DNA from: the human T2T-CHM13v2.0 reference genome, Homo sapiens
Reading direction: 5' to 3' (one strand)
NCBI RefSeq assembly: GCF_009914755.1
Contig: NC_060934.1
Length of the DNA: 64,000 nucleotides
How positions within the stretch are numbered: position 1 is the stretch's first letter; the number at the start of each line of letters is the position of its first letter. The notes under the pieces were generated by a model that was given only the letters and a program-made list of their open reading frames with translations, had not been told where the DNA came from and did not search any database. Positions 31,340 through 48,580 of this stretch are shown here, piece after piece. The position numbers and the translations under genes were made by a program.

Positions 31340-32303
31340 TGTGGGCGGAGGATTACCTAGGTGCTGAGGCAAGAGACTGAAGGCACAAACTGTTTCAGTA
31401 TAATAAAGAAAATAGTTAGAATAAGAATAGTCATAATACAAATTAGATATAGAGATGACCATGAACAATTATCAATCATTATTATAAACATTATTAATCA
31501 TTAGCTTTTAATATTACTCTTTGTTGCATTACTAATATAACCTAGGAATAACCGGCGGGTATAGGGTCAGGTGCTGAAGGGGCATTGTGAGAAGTGACCT
31601 AGAAGGCAACAGGTGAGCCTTCTGTCACGCCCGCATAAGGGCCGCTTGAGGGCTCCTTGGTCAAGCGGTAACGCCAGTGTCTGGGAAGGCACCCGTTACT
31701 TAGCAGACCGCGAAAGGGAGTCTCCTTTCCTTGGAGGAGTCAGGGAACACTCTGCTCCACCAGCTTCTTGTGGAAGGCTGGATATTATCCAGGCCTGCCT
31801 GCAGTCATCCGGAGGCCTAAACCCCTCCCTGCGGTGCTGTGCTTCAGTGGTCACGCTCCTTGTCCACTTTCATGTTCCTCCCATACTCCTGGTTCCTCTT
31901 TGAAGTTCATAGTAGATAGCGGTAGAAGAAATAGTGAAAGTCTTAAAGTCTTTGATCTTTCTTATAAGTGCAGAGAAGAAAACACTGACGTATGCTGCCT
32001 TCTCCTCTGCTTCGGCTACCTAAAAGGGAAGGGCCCCCCATCCTGTAATCATGTGACCTGCTTCACCTTGTCAATCACTTAGAAGATTCACCCTTCTTAC
32101 CCTGCCCCCTTGTCTTGTATGCAATAAATATCATCGAGCCCAGCTGTTTGGGGCCACTACCGGTCTCTGCGTCTTGATGGTAGTGGTCCCCCGGGCCCAG
32201 CTGTTTTCTCTTTATCTCTTTGTCTTGTGTCTTCATTTATTACAATCTTTCGTCTCCGCACATGGGGAGAACACCCGCTAAGCCCCTTGGGCTGGACCCT
32301 ACA
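31340..32303 (+). mobile_element. LTR13A solo LTR (ERVK, HERV-K13/HML-4 family)
   Basis: Begins tgtgggcggaggattacctaggtgctgaggcaagagactgaaggcac and ends ggaccctaca; 964 bp; AATAAA at 32123; perfect 6-bp TSD tgtgag at 31334-31339 and 32304-32309. Confidence 0.92.
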
Positions 32304-32542
32304 TGTGAGTGACAAATAGATAATAGTCTCCTTTTCTGTTGGGCTTTCTTCATCTTTTTATGGGTCCTGACAATCTCGAACCTTCCTGAAACTAGGTTTA
32401 CCTAATATTACCAGTAGATTTAGGAATGTATTTATTGGTATTTTACACTAGTTTCTTGAAGCAGCTAAGAGCAAACAAGGCAGTTATTTATTCCCTATGT
32501 CTATATAATGTCCCCAGAATATCTCATTAAGAAGGCCTAGGT

Positions 32543-32715
32543 CAGTTGTTCTCAACCTTACTGTACACTGGAATCATCTGGGGAGCTTTAAAAAATACTG
32601 ATAAATGGGACCTACTCCTGACTCCCTGCCAACTCTGCTTTTGCTGCCTGGGAATTGGATTTTTTTAAAGCTCCCCAGATGATTCTAAATGTGTAGCCAA
32701 GCTTGAGAACAACTG
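32543..32715. mobile_element. MER5B-like hAT-Charlie MITE
   Basis: Terminal inverted repeats (TIRs) cagttgttctcaa/ttgagaacaactg; internal gaatcatctggggagctttaaaaaatac; 8-bp flanks gcctaggt/acctagat. Confidence 0.9.
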
Positions 32716-33236
32716 ACCTAGATCCTACTTAATTAATGTGGCTTTTGATTTTGCATCAGCATTTCCAAATAAAGGACATATATTCATCTCTAGAGAACTG
32801 CTTGTTTAGCTTAATGGAAGAATTGCAAAGTTTGAGCAGGCCCTTCAGGGATACAAGTGAACAGAGGCATAAGCATACGCATTTGCGGGGACAGTGAAGA
32901 CACTGATGGGGCCATAGCCAATGGATTCATGTGTATTGTCAAGTACTTTGACACATCTTGTCTAAATTGTCCATAGGTAGCCAGCAACGTAGGCTGGTTC
33001 TCTCCTAGCAGCGCCAAACAGAAATCAGAATACTGTTCTCCAGAATTACTGACCCATTACATAGGGGAAGGCAAAACATGACTGCTTGATATTAGGCTCA
33101 GGAAAGTGGTAAAGAGGTTGCAATCAGTTTTTGGTCCTCTCTTGTCAAACCATTTTATCAACAAATCAGCCCCACAATATTTAACAGTCTGGTAACTGCA
33201 AGGCATGACACTTACCCTTCCTTAAAAAGCATGTTA

Positions 33237-33577
<341 letters not shown>

Positions 33578-33929
33578 TTAGCATTTTACTCAGATTATCA
33601 GAAAAGTGTGGGTTGCATTCTACTTCAGGGACTTTCTCATCTACCTTTTTCTTACCCTCTCTGTATCTCCTTCTTTTTTTTGTTCCTGGTTGTCTCTGGC
33701 CTATACTATCTTTCTTCACTCTCCCTCTGATTGCTTTTCTTTTCTTATCTTTCTCACACCCCTCTGCCTCTTGCAGTTTCTTGGCACTCTGCCCTAAGCA
33801 CTTTGATTCTTCTCTTTTAACTTCCACACTCATTCCTGATTTTACCCCCACCTTAGGCACACCTTTCCTCCTTCTGTCTTCTGCTATTCGCCCTGCACCC
33901 TTCAACAGTCTTTCTTCATCTTTAAGAGA

Positions 33930-34210
33930 AGGCACTATAGCAGAAAAAACCCTTGAGTGAAGAAGTAGGGAACCGGGATTTCAGGCCCTGCCTGGTCAGT
34001 GACAGCAGTATTACCTGGGGTAAGCCACTTACACATTCTGGGTCTCAATTTCTGCACATAGAAATAAAGTTGGTATGAGTCAATGGTTCTGAATAGGGCT
34101 AGAAATAGTCTCTTTTGTTCATTGTGCTTCCTGGTAACTAAAAGAATGCTAGGAACATAGGAGGAAGTCAATAATTTTTGTTGAATAAATGAATAAATGT
34201 GTTGCCTGAA
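33930..34210 (+). mobile_element. MIR3-like fragment followed by L2 3' end
   Basis: ggggtaagccacttacacattctgggtctcaatttc; tttttgttgaataaatgaataaatg. Confidence 0.6.
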
Positions 34211-35324
34211 GAAACCACCAATGGCAGAGCATATACATTAAACCATTTTTTAGCAATAGGGTTCAATTTGCATTTATTCATACATATGTTTTCCCCTACT
34301 TTCTCTTGGGCATGAAAATCTACATTTGTGTGAATTTTGAGCAAGGTCATGAGCAAGGTCTGTGATCTGTAAATGGTGTGACATAAATTGGCCCATGAAG
34401 TAAAGAGCCCATGACCGTGACCGTCGTAGGACCCTAAAGATGTAGTAGGCCAAATGCAATTATAGGTCATTTGACCATTCTCTAAAGCCATTTACAAGTA
34501 TGTCTTAAACACATTTTTTAGAAAATCAAGAGCATATTAACAAAGCAAAAGAATAATTTTTGAAAAACAGACTACATTGAAAAGAGAACAGAATCCAGAG
34601 CATCTTGGGGTAATAAGTCAAAGATATGAAACATAAACTCCTTCAAAAGTACATAAATAACTGAAATAGATAATGCTTGCTCTCTGGAAATATAGTATGC
34701 AAGATGGAGAGAAGGTTAAACAGCAAGAAAATTAAGTAAACAAAAGCAACTAATCAATAGCACATTAAGACTTATAAACCAGTCAGGAAACAGCAAATTT
34801 GAAGTGCAGAGCCATTTCAAATGCATCTACCATGATATAATTGGACTCTAGATGTAAAGAGGAAATATGAGGATAATTAAATTTGAGGTTGTGGGAACCT
34901 AAAGACTATAATATAAACTGTATCAAATAAAAAAGGAAAAGCAAGAACACGGTGAGGAAGAGAAATAGCTTTTCTTTTGAAAAGAATCTTTATTTAGGAC
35001 TCCAAGGACTCATTAGATAGAGAATCATTCATTAATTCTCTTCATATAATTAAAAAACAGATTTTAATGTAATAATTTAGAGTGGGGTAAATGTTTAGAA
35101 TCCTTGTAGTTGTAAAAAGTTTTCCTCTTTTCAATTATAATTAAAAAGGCTTTAACCTTATGCTATCCTTATACTGCAACTCTAGTGTTTAATTGTTAAA
35201 ATTAAATTTTTAAAAGGCGATCTTTGTTCTTTTGAAATGTACTGCATAAGACAAATTTCAAATGGAAGAATAATATTTATTAAAACATCGCAATTGCCTT
35301 AACAAACCACTTAAAAAAAAACTC

Positions 35325-36360
35325 GGGGGAGGAGCCAAGATGGCTGAATAGGAATAGCTCCGGTCTACAGCTCCCAGCCTGAGCAACCCAGAAGATGGGT
35401 GATTTCTGCATTTCCATCTGAGGTACCGGGTTCATCTCACTAGGGAGTGCCAGACAGTGGGCACAGGACAGTGGGTGCAGCACACCGTGCGTGAGCCGAA
35501 TCAGGGCGAGGCATTGCCTCACTCAGGAAGTGCAAGGGGTCAGGGAGTTCCCTTTCCTGGTCAAGGAAAGGGGTGACAGACGGTACCTGGAAAATTGGGT
35601 CACTCCCACCCGAATACTGCGCTTTTCTGATGGGCTTAGGAAACGGCACACCAGGAGATTACATCCCACACATGGCTCAGAGGGTCCTACACCCACGGAG
35701 TCTCGCTGATTGCTAGCACAGCAGTCTGAGATCAAACTGCAAGGTGGCAGCGAGGCTGGGGGAGGGGCACCCGCCATTGCCCAGCCTTGCTTAGGTAAAC
35801 AAAGCAGCCAGGAAGCTGGAACTGGGTGGAGCCCACCACAGCTCAAGGAGGCCTGCCTGCCTCTGTAGGCTCCATCTCTGGGGGCAGGGCACAGACAAAC
35901 AAAAAGACAGCAGTAACCTCTGCAGACTTAAATGTCCCTGTCTGACAGCTTTGAAGAGAGCAGTGGTTCTCCCAGCATGCAGCTGGAGATCTGAGAACGG
36001 GCAGACTGCCTCCTCAAGTGGGTCCCTGACCCCTGACCCCCAAGCAGCCTAACTGGGAGGCACCCCCCAGTAGGGGCAGACTGACACCTCAAACGGCCAG
36101 GTACTCCTCTGAGACAAAACTTCCAGAGGAATGATCAGACAGCAGCATTCGCGGTTCACGAAAATCCGCTCTTCTGCAGCCACCTCTGCTGATACCCGGG
36201 CAAACAGGGTCTGGAGTGGACCTCTAGCAAACTCCAACAGACCTGCAGCTGAGGGTCCTGTCTGCTAGAAGGAAAACTAACAAACAGAAAGGACATCCAC
36301 ACCAAAAACCCATCTGTACCTCACCATCATCAAAGACCAAAAGTAGATAAAACCACAAAG
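35325..36360. promoter_or_regulatory. L1 5'UTR with sense and antisense promoters
   Basis: YY1 site caagatggc near 35336; established L1PA architecture; partial CpG decay. Confidence 0.75.
35523..35777 (-). CDS. L1 ORF0 (84 aa, intact frame)
   Basis: MAGAPPPASLPPCSLISDCCASNQRDSVGVGPSEP... from the ATG at 35777 in gcaATGG context; expression unknown. Confidence 0.6.
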   Translation of the reverse strand: MAGAPPPASLPPCSLISDCCASNQRDSVGVGPSEPCVGCNLLVCRFLSPSEKRSIRVGVTQFSRYRLSPLSLTRKGNSLTPCTS

Positions 36361-37377
36361 ATGGGGAAAAAACAGAGCAGAAAAACTGGAAACTCTAAAA
36401 AGCAGAGCGCCTCTCCTCCTCCAAAGGAACGCAGTTCCTCACCAGCAATGGAACAAAGCTGGATGGAGAATGACTTTGACGAGCTGAGAGAAGAAGGCTT
36501 CAGACGATCAAATTACTCCGAGCTATGGGAGGACATTCAAACCAAAGGCAAAGAAGTTGAAAACTTTGAAAAAAATTTAGAAGAATATGTAACTAGAATA
36601 ACCAATATAGAGAAGTGCTTAAAGGAGCTGATGGAGCTGAAAACCAAGGCTCGAGAACTACGTGAAGAATGCAGAAGCCTCAGGAGCCGATGCGATCAAC
36701 TGGAAGAAAGGGTATCAGCGATGGAAGATGAAATGAATGAAATGAAGCGAGAAGGAAAGTTTAGAGAAAAAAGAATAAAAAGAAACGAGCAAAGCCTCCA
36801 AGAAACATGGGACTATGTGAAAAGACCAAATCTATGTCTGATTGGTGTACCTGAAAGTGACGGGGAGAATGGAACCAAGTTGGAAAACACTCTGCAGGAT
36901 ATTATCCAGGAGAACTTCCCCAATCTAGCAAGGCAGGCCAACATTCAGATTCAGGAAATATAGAGAATGCCACAAAGATACTCCTCGAGAAGAGCAACTC
37001 CAAGACACATCATTGTCAGATTCACCAAAGTTGAAATGAAGGAAAAAATGTTAAGGGCAGCCAGAGAGAAAGGTCGGGTTACCCTCAAAGGGAAGCCCAT
37101 CAGACTAACAGTGGATCTCTTGGCAGAAACTCTACAAGCCAGAAGAGAGTGGGGGCCAATATTCAACATTCTTAAAGAAAAGAATTTTCAATCTAGAATT
37201 TCATATCCAGCCAAACTAAGCTTCATAAGTGAAGGAGAAATAAAATACTTTACAGACAAGCAAATGCTGAGAGAGTTTGTCACCACCAGGCCTGACGTAA
37301 AAGAGCTCCCGAAGGAAGTGCTAAACATGGAAAGGAACAACCGGTACCAGCCGCTGCAAAATCATGCCAAAATGTAA
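36361..37377 (+). pseudogene. L1 ORF1p, premature stop at codon 201
   Basis: MGKKQSRKTGNSKKQ...QNHAKM; in-frame TAG at 36961-36963 (CAG>TAG). Confidence 0.95.
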
Positions 37378-37440
37378 AGACCAACGAGACTAGGAAGCAA
37401 TTGCATCAACTAACGAGCAAAATAACCAGCTAACATCATA

Positions 37441-41585
<4,145 letters not shown>

Positions 41586-41811
41586 ACAATGAGAACACAT
41601 GGACACAGGAAGGGGAACATCACACTCTGGGGACTGTGGTGGGGTGGGGGGAGGGGGGAGGGATGGCATTAGGTGATATACCTAATGCTAAATGACGAGT
41701 TAATGGGTGCAGCACACCAGCATGGCACATGTATACATATGTAACTAACCTGCACATTGTGCACATGTACCCTAAAACTTAAAGTATAATAATAATAAAA
41801 AAAAGAATAGA

Positions 41812-41837
41812 ACACAAACACACACACACACACACAC
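41812..41837. repeat. (CA)n in the L1 tail
   Basis: acacaaacacacacacacacacacac between the L1 A-tail and the residual TSD. Confidence 0.9.
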
Positions 41838-41964
41838 AAACTCAAGTGACGATATTGAAACTGACTTTTCCATGTTTAAACATTCATTTAAATTCAGAAT
41901 TACTTGAACTAGACAAAATTTCAAGAAGTTGAGCAAGAGGTCACTTCTTCTACAATAATTCAAT

Positions 41965-42175
41965 TTAAATACATATAATAGATTTATGAGATTCCAGGCA
42001 CTATTCTGGGCATTGGAAATACAGATATGGACAACACATAGTCCTTGTCTTCCAAAGCTGATGGTCTCATAGGGGGACAAAAATGCCCATAAATAACTAT
42101 AACATAATGATAGTCGTATATTCCATAAAAGAACAAAGCATTATGGCCACAGAGAAGAACATATTACTCACTTCT
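41965..42175 (-). mobile_element. L2 3' end
   Basis: ccaggcactattctgggcattggaaatacagatatggacaacacatagtccttgtcttc. Confidence 0.75.
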
Positions 42176-42319
42176 AATAGCTCTTATAAAACTTTGGTTG
42201 TAATCCTGATTCTCTGATGACTTAGTGAATGGTGCTAGACAGAAAAAAGTATATTGTTGACAGTGGGTAGGCAAATTCCCTTCCCCCTCTATCTCCTACT
42301 TTCAGTAGTTCAGAGATGA

Positions 42320-42613
42320 GACTGGGTGGGGTGGCTCACGCCTGTAATCCCAGCACTTTGGGAGGCCGAGTTGGGCATATGGCTTGAGGTCAGGAGTTCA
42401 AGACCAGTGTGGCCAACATAGTGAAACCCAGTCTCTACTAAAAATATAAAAATTAGCTGGGCGTAGTGGTGTGCACTTGTAATCCCAGCTACTTGGGAGG
42501 CTGAGGCAGAAGAATCACTTGAACCTGGGAGAGAGAGGTTGTAGTGAGTGGAAATAGTGCCACTGTACTCTAGCCTGGGCAACAGAGTGAGACTCCATCT
42601 CAAAAAAAAAAAA
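42320..42613 (+). mobile_element. AluSz/Sx-like SINE
   Basis: Sense Alu; degenerate TSD ending agagatga at 42304-42319 and 42614-42629. Confidence 0.95.
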
Positions 42614-43094
42614 AGAAATTTAGAGATGAATGTGTACTGTTTTCAACCTTGGGGTAAGGGGAACAAGTGCTGACATAGGCATTCCACAGTAGGAATTGCG
42701 CAGGAGCACACTTGGAAGCTGAGATGTTAGGCCTATTGCCCCTGGCCTTAATTCTACAACCAAGTACTTCAGCATCTGGCATCTTGAAATGGTCAAGAAA
42801 AACAAGAACATTAATCTTACTGTGAGACTCATATATCTCTCACTGTGGCAGGTAAGAGGATCAGTCTTTCGATTCATCTTTTACTAGATCCCTATTGAAT
42901 TTCTCACACAACAGATTCCCATATCATCCCTGTTCCCACAGAGCCCCACAATTGCACCTTCTTTCGCCCACTTGCAGCAGATACCTTCAAGTCCTATTTT
43001 CCTACAAAGTTGTATGTCATCTGATATGAATATCCTAAAGTACTCACGTTAAGGTTCCATTCCAGCAACCTCAAAATCTTTATTATCTTACAGT

Positions 43095-43340
43095 GTACTG
43101 CTTAGGAGTAGAAATTCTGGAATCGAATTACCTGGAATTAAATTTTGCTTATACCACTTACTGTCTCTCACAGAGAGACATTGGGCTAAAAAAAATTGAG
43201 CCTTAGATTTTTCATCTGTAAAATGAGGAAATTAATAGTATTTACCTTATATAGTTGTTGATAAAATTAAATACTTCTAGACTACTGAGAATAGAGCCTG
43301 ATATTCCATAAAACTACAAAATAACTATTATTATTATTAT
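43095..43340 (+). mobile_element. MIR
   Basis: gagccttagatttttcatctgtaaaatgaggaaattaatagtatttacc. Confidence 0.75.
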
Positions 43341-43479
43341 TATCCCTCTATTGCTGAGAATGAAGATAAATGTATTCATTAAAGGTCCTCTTTCCTCTGG
43401 CCTCCTTCAGAAGTTCACTCTAATTCTCTACATCTTATATCTTGACTTATTTCCATTAGGTCTATTCTCTTGCTACTTC

Positions 43480-44255
43480 AAAATTCCATTTTAAAAACCT
43501 ATTTCCTTATCCTGCTACAGTACTGTGGGTCTCCCTTGCAGCACTGACAAACTTCTTTAAAAAGCCCTTGCCCCTTTCAAAATCACCTACCCACTTGTTT
43601 CTATCTAATCAATTTGGTCCAAGTGTTCTTTTTCATCACTAGTAGACTTCCATCTACCAAATATGAGGGCTTTTCTTTGTCACTCTTCTTCTCCACCTCT
43701 GCGTTTAATAGCAACTGAATATTGACCAACAATTTCCTCCTTCTTGAAACTCTCTTCCTTTCCCTTCCATGACTCGCTTCCTACATCTCAGAACGAGCCT
43801 TCTCTGCATCTCTCTTAGACGTGGTCTTTTCTCAAGTTGTCCTCAGTCTCCTTTTACCAGATCTATTCCTGAGCAATATCATCTACTCCCACGGTTCAGC
43901 TCTATATGTGACTCCCAGATCATATCCCTGGCCTGATACCTGAGAAAATCTACACACTAGTATTTCCAACTCAATCGGGGTCATTTGCACCTGCATTTCT
44001 TGCTGCACTTAAAAACTCAGCTTATTCAAGTTTAAACATTTTCCCTCCAAAGGGAATTTTATTTGATTGACTTACTCCTGTTGGTATCTCTTCTCAACCC
44101 ATTCTCTCTCTGTGTTCCAGTCATGCTGGCCTTCTTTCCATTTAAAATGCCACCTTACAGCCTGTGTTACCTCTATTAGAAACTTCCTTTCTTTTCCCAG
44201 CCTAGTAAACTTCTTTAGCTTGAATGTCCCTTTCTCAGGGTAGCCCTTCCATCCT
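43480..44255 (+). mobile_element. L2 internal/3' fragments
   Basis: cctccttcttgaaactctcttcc...catctactcccacggttcagc...gtgactcccagatc. Confidence 0.75.
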
Positions 44256-44270
44256 TATTAATGCTTAGCA

Positions 44271-44890
<620 letters not shown>

Positions 44891-45332
44891 GACTAGTTTG
44901 TTTTGATCTCAGTTGTACCTCCAGTACCTGGCTTATGGTTGAGCCTTCCATAACTATTCACTGATGAACAAAAGAATAAATGAATACAAAGGCATCAAAC
45001 AGTATAGCACATTTGAGGAATTATAAATAGTTTTATGACTGAAGCATAAAGGGAATTGGGTGAGGGGGTGGGAAAGGGGAAGCAGCAAAAGATGACACTG
45101 AAGTGGTATGCAGGGGTCAGTTCACCGCAGGCTGTGAGCGTTGTTGGGAAGCTTGATCTTTATTTTGTATGTGGGATTGGGTTTGCTAGGGGTTGCAATC
45201 AGGAAAGTAAGACAACCAGTTGCATGTTTTGGAAGATCATACTGACAGCGCTGCAGAAAAAGGAGATTAGAGAGGATGCATACTTCTCTAGATGAAGGGG
45301 AATGAAGACGTGGACTATGTGTTTGGGTTGTT

Positions 45333-45795
45333 TGTACTGAACATCTGCTGCTTTTGCCTGCCTGTCATCAACTCCCATTTCTTCTGACAACAGTGCTCCC
45401 ATTTTCCTTTTATAAAAAGTATCTATTCCCCACTGGATGCTGTTCTGTTGAGACTGTCAATAAAGATGCCCCGCCCTCCCACCAAGGGGCAGGAGTATGA
45501 TCCGAACTAAGCCAATCAAATTTTCTCTCTCTGGAATCAGAGACGCAAACTGGCTGACACAAAGACTGAAAAATGACTGGGGCTCATTCATCCCAATTGT
45601 GGCCTCTGAAGAGACTGTTCCTGCTCCCTGGATCCCCAGAGTTATCCAATTTCCTACCCTTTCTTGGTTGCCCAGCTTTTTAAAATAGTCTGTGTGCTAT
45701 CCATATCTTTCTAATAAATTCTTTTTTTTCTTTTTTGCTTAAGTTAGCCAGAGTTGGTTACTGTTGCTTACAACCAAAGTATCCTAATTGATACA
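45333..45795 (+). mobile_element. LTR33-family ERVL solo LTR
   Basis: tgtactgaacatctgctgcttttgcctgcc...ttgcttaagttagccagagttggttactgttgcttacaaccaaag...gataca. Confidence 0.8.
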
Positions 45796-45798
45796 GCA

Positions 45799-45983
45799 CT
45801 GTATCCCAAACTTGCCTGAATATAAACATCATCTAAGGTGCTTGTTAAAAATACATATTTCTGGATCCTACCCTAGCCAAAATCACTGAGTCAGTAACCC
45901 CAGGGGAACAGCCTAGGAATCTTTATCATTAATACATTTTTTCTGGTAGGTTTTAATAACCAGGCAAACTTGGCAAACACCTA
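45799..45983. mobile_element. MER117 (hAT-Charlie)
   Basis: tcccaaacttgcctg...gtgcttgttaaaaatac...caggcaaacttggcaaacac. Confidence 0.75.
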
Positions 45984-46009
45984 ACTAGGGCAAAGACAGC
46001 AGGGAAAGA

Positions 46010-46510
46010 AAAACAAAGAAACTGACAGACATAGTGATAAGTTGGATGTGGTGGATGAGGAGAGGGACCTGACTTGAGTGACTAACAGGATGATGATGCT
46101 CTAAAAGCTAAGGAGAAGCATGTTTATAGGGGAACAATGAATTTAGTTTTGGGACATGCTGATATTTAGATAATGCAGGATATTTAAGGGAAAATAGGTA
46201 GCTAGTAAATGGTGCTGCCACTTACTAGATGTGTGACCTTGGATAAGTTACTTAGCCTCTCTGTGTAATGGAGATCATCATCATCATCATCATCTTAGTA
46301 ATTATAATACCTATTCATAGGGTTTTATGACACTTAATATTAACGCACTTAGAACTGTGCCTGGCACATATAGGTACTACATAAGTGGCAGAGAAATGAA
46401 TGAAAAAAGCGGGATATAAGGGTCTGCATTTTAGGAGAGAAGACTAAGGCTTCTGAGTTATGATCCTAGAGGGAGTGACTGAAGTCACAGAAGTGAATGA
46501 TCTAAGAATG
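46010..46510 (-). mobile_element. L2 fragments with nested sense MIR (~46210-46390)
   Basis: ggggaacaatgaatttagttttgggacatgctg; MIR gccacttactagatgtgtgaccttggataagttacttagcctctctgtg. Confidence 0.7.
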
Positions 46511-46592
46511 TATGGACCTACAGTATATAAAAAACAGAAGGACCTCTACTTGGTGGGCTTTTTGTCTTATTTCAACCTATCAAAATTCTTCG

Positions 46593-46773
46593 ACAACATT
46601 TCATCAATTCTATGATGACTTTTTTCACATTTTTCACATCTCTGGAAAAGGAATGCCTCTTGCCATCAATGACATGTCATTGTTTAATTATCAGAATTCT
46701 TTCTTTTTTAGTGGTGCATAAAATAATGGTGTGTCTTTCAGTTGACAGCATCTTAGATTTGATGATATGAGAA
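46593..46773. mobile_element. MER104 (TcMar-Tc2)
   Basis: atttcatcaattctatga...tagtggtgcataaaataatggtgtgtctt...gcatcttagatttgatga. Confidence 0.8.
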
Positions 46774-48079
46774 GTATGATCTCTCTTCTTTGAACCTCAA
46801 AGACATCCCATATCAGCCTCTTCTATAACATTTATTTTAGCCTGCTGAATATTAGAGTCGTCCATCAGCTACTACACTGCAAGAACCCCAAGGGTCAAGA
46901 CATCTCTGACTCTTCCTTTTGTTTCTCAAAGGACACACTAAATGGTTTTGCCTGCAAAAGACCCTTAATAAAAATTGCTTGGATTAAATTGAATTCTAAA
47001 GCAGGATATAAATTATTTTTAGAATTTCTGATAATTTTGCAATTAGTCTCATTGCAGTTCCCATCTCTTAATTTGACATGTGTGAGTACACACTTGTTTC
47101 CAGATTACTAACATTACATCTAATTCAAAGCATCTACAATGTGAATTCCCCAGGTAGTTGGTTACATGAACTATTTCAAGAAACATATTCCCAGCATTCT
47201 GGGAATATTAAAAAGATAAGACCAGAAATCTTACTACAAAGTTATATTGAGAATACAGAACACTGTTCATACACATATTAATAACTGTGTAATTACTACA
47301 GATGTTGATACTTTATGTGTTATCTTAGTTTGCGCTGTTCTTTCTCTTAATGAAGCTTTATTCCTTTTCCTTGTTTACATGTGAGACTTTGGGTGGCCAT
47401 TACCTGTGTGTTCAGTCTCACCAAATCCCTAGGGGTCAACTACATGCTCAGACATGCATCATTATTGAAGTAAAGAGCTCACCTCCTCCCCAAGCCTACT
47501 TTTTGCACGGAACACACCTCAAGCCTTGGCAATGGCCAGGTCAATTCTCTTGGTCTGTTCCAGCTGAATTTTCTACCATCCTTCTCTCCACCATTTCTGA
47601 CTCTGCCATCCCACTGCTCAAGCGCTAATATCACCTCTCACCTTCTGGATCCTAGATCACATTAGCCTCTCTTCTTTTCCAAGGCCACAGGTTAATAAAG
47701 CCTCTCCAGTGTCACAATAAGAAAGACGAATTTAATTGCTGTCACTGATGATTGCTATTTTGTTTCTCTCTTTTCTCTCTATGGCTCTTCCTGTGCTGTT
47801 TTGGGGGGCTGTTTTGTTCTCAGTGGAATTTCTCATCTTCAGGTGGACAGCCACATGTGTCTGTGTCCAGTCAGTCCTTTGGCCCCTGTTTCTTTTTACA
47901 GTACAATCTTGCATTGTGATCTTGTTCACTGAGTACTCTCTCCTCCATAGAGCTCACTAAGGATCCAAGGGTACTTTGAGTACTCTTAGCATTAAGTAAA
48001 TGGGTTACAGGCATGTCATGTCACTATAATAATATGTAATGTCTCAGTCCCATCATCTACCTTTTCCCATAATCCTGAG

Positions 48080-48580
48080 AGAAATTTGCAGTGCATCCCA
48101 TGCCCACCAAGGCTCAGACTCAACCTGTCCTCCAAGCCTTACCTCTCCCAGCATCCTGCACACTGTCTCCTCTCCATAGGCTTCCAGCCAGATCAGACTA
48201 TACAACAACATCCAAACTCCCCATGGACTCAGGCACCTCTCAATCTTTGTTCCTATTATTTGCCTAAGCCCGGAATTCTCTTTCCTCCTTTTTGGCCACT
48301 GAAATCCTATTCATTTACTCAAATCTGACTAAAGTAGGACGTCCTTCATGAAGTCTCTCAGTCTCTACCTGAAAATAACTGTCTGTTTCTCTATTCTCCC
48401 ACAACAGATTTCTTGCATTGCTGTGTCTGTACTTCATTGTGTCTTGAATGATTATTTGTACTTAGCTAATTCCCCATAAAATTTTAAGTTCTTTGTGGTC
48501 GGAGACTCCATCTTGTCTCAGTATTCCTTACATCAGCACCAAAATGCCTCATGACGTTTACTAAATAGTTGACTACACAA
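48080..48580 (+). mobile_element. L2 3' fragments
   Basis: aaatcctattcatttactcaaatc...ccttcatgaagtctctc...taagttctttgtggtcggagac. Confidence 0.6.
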
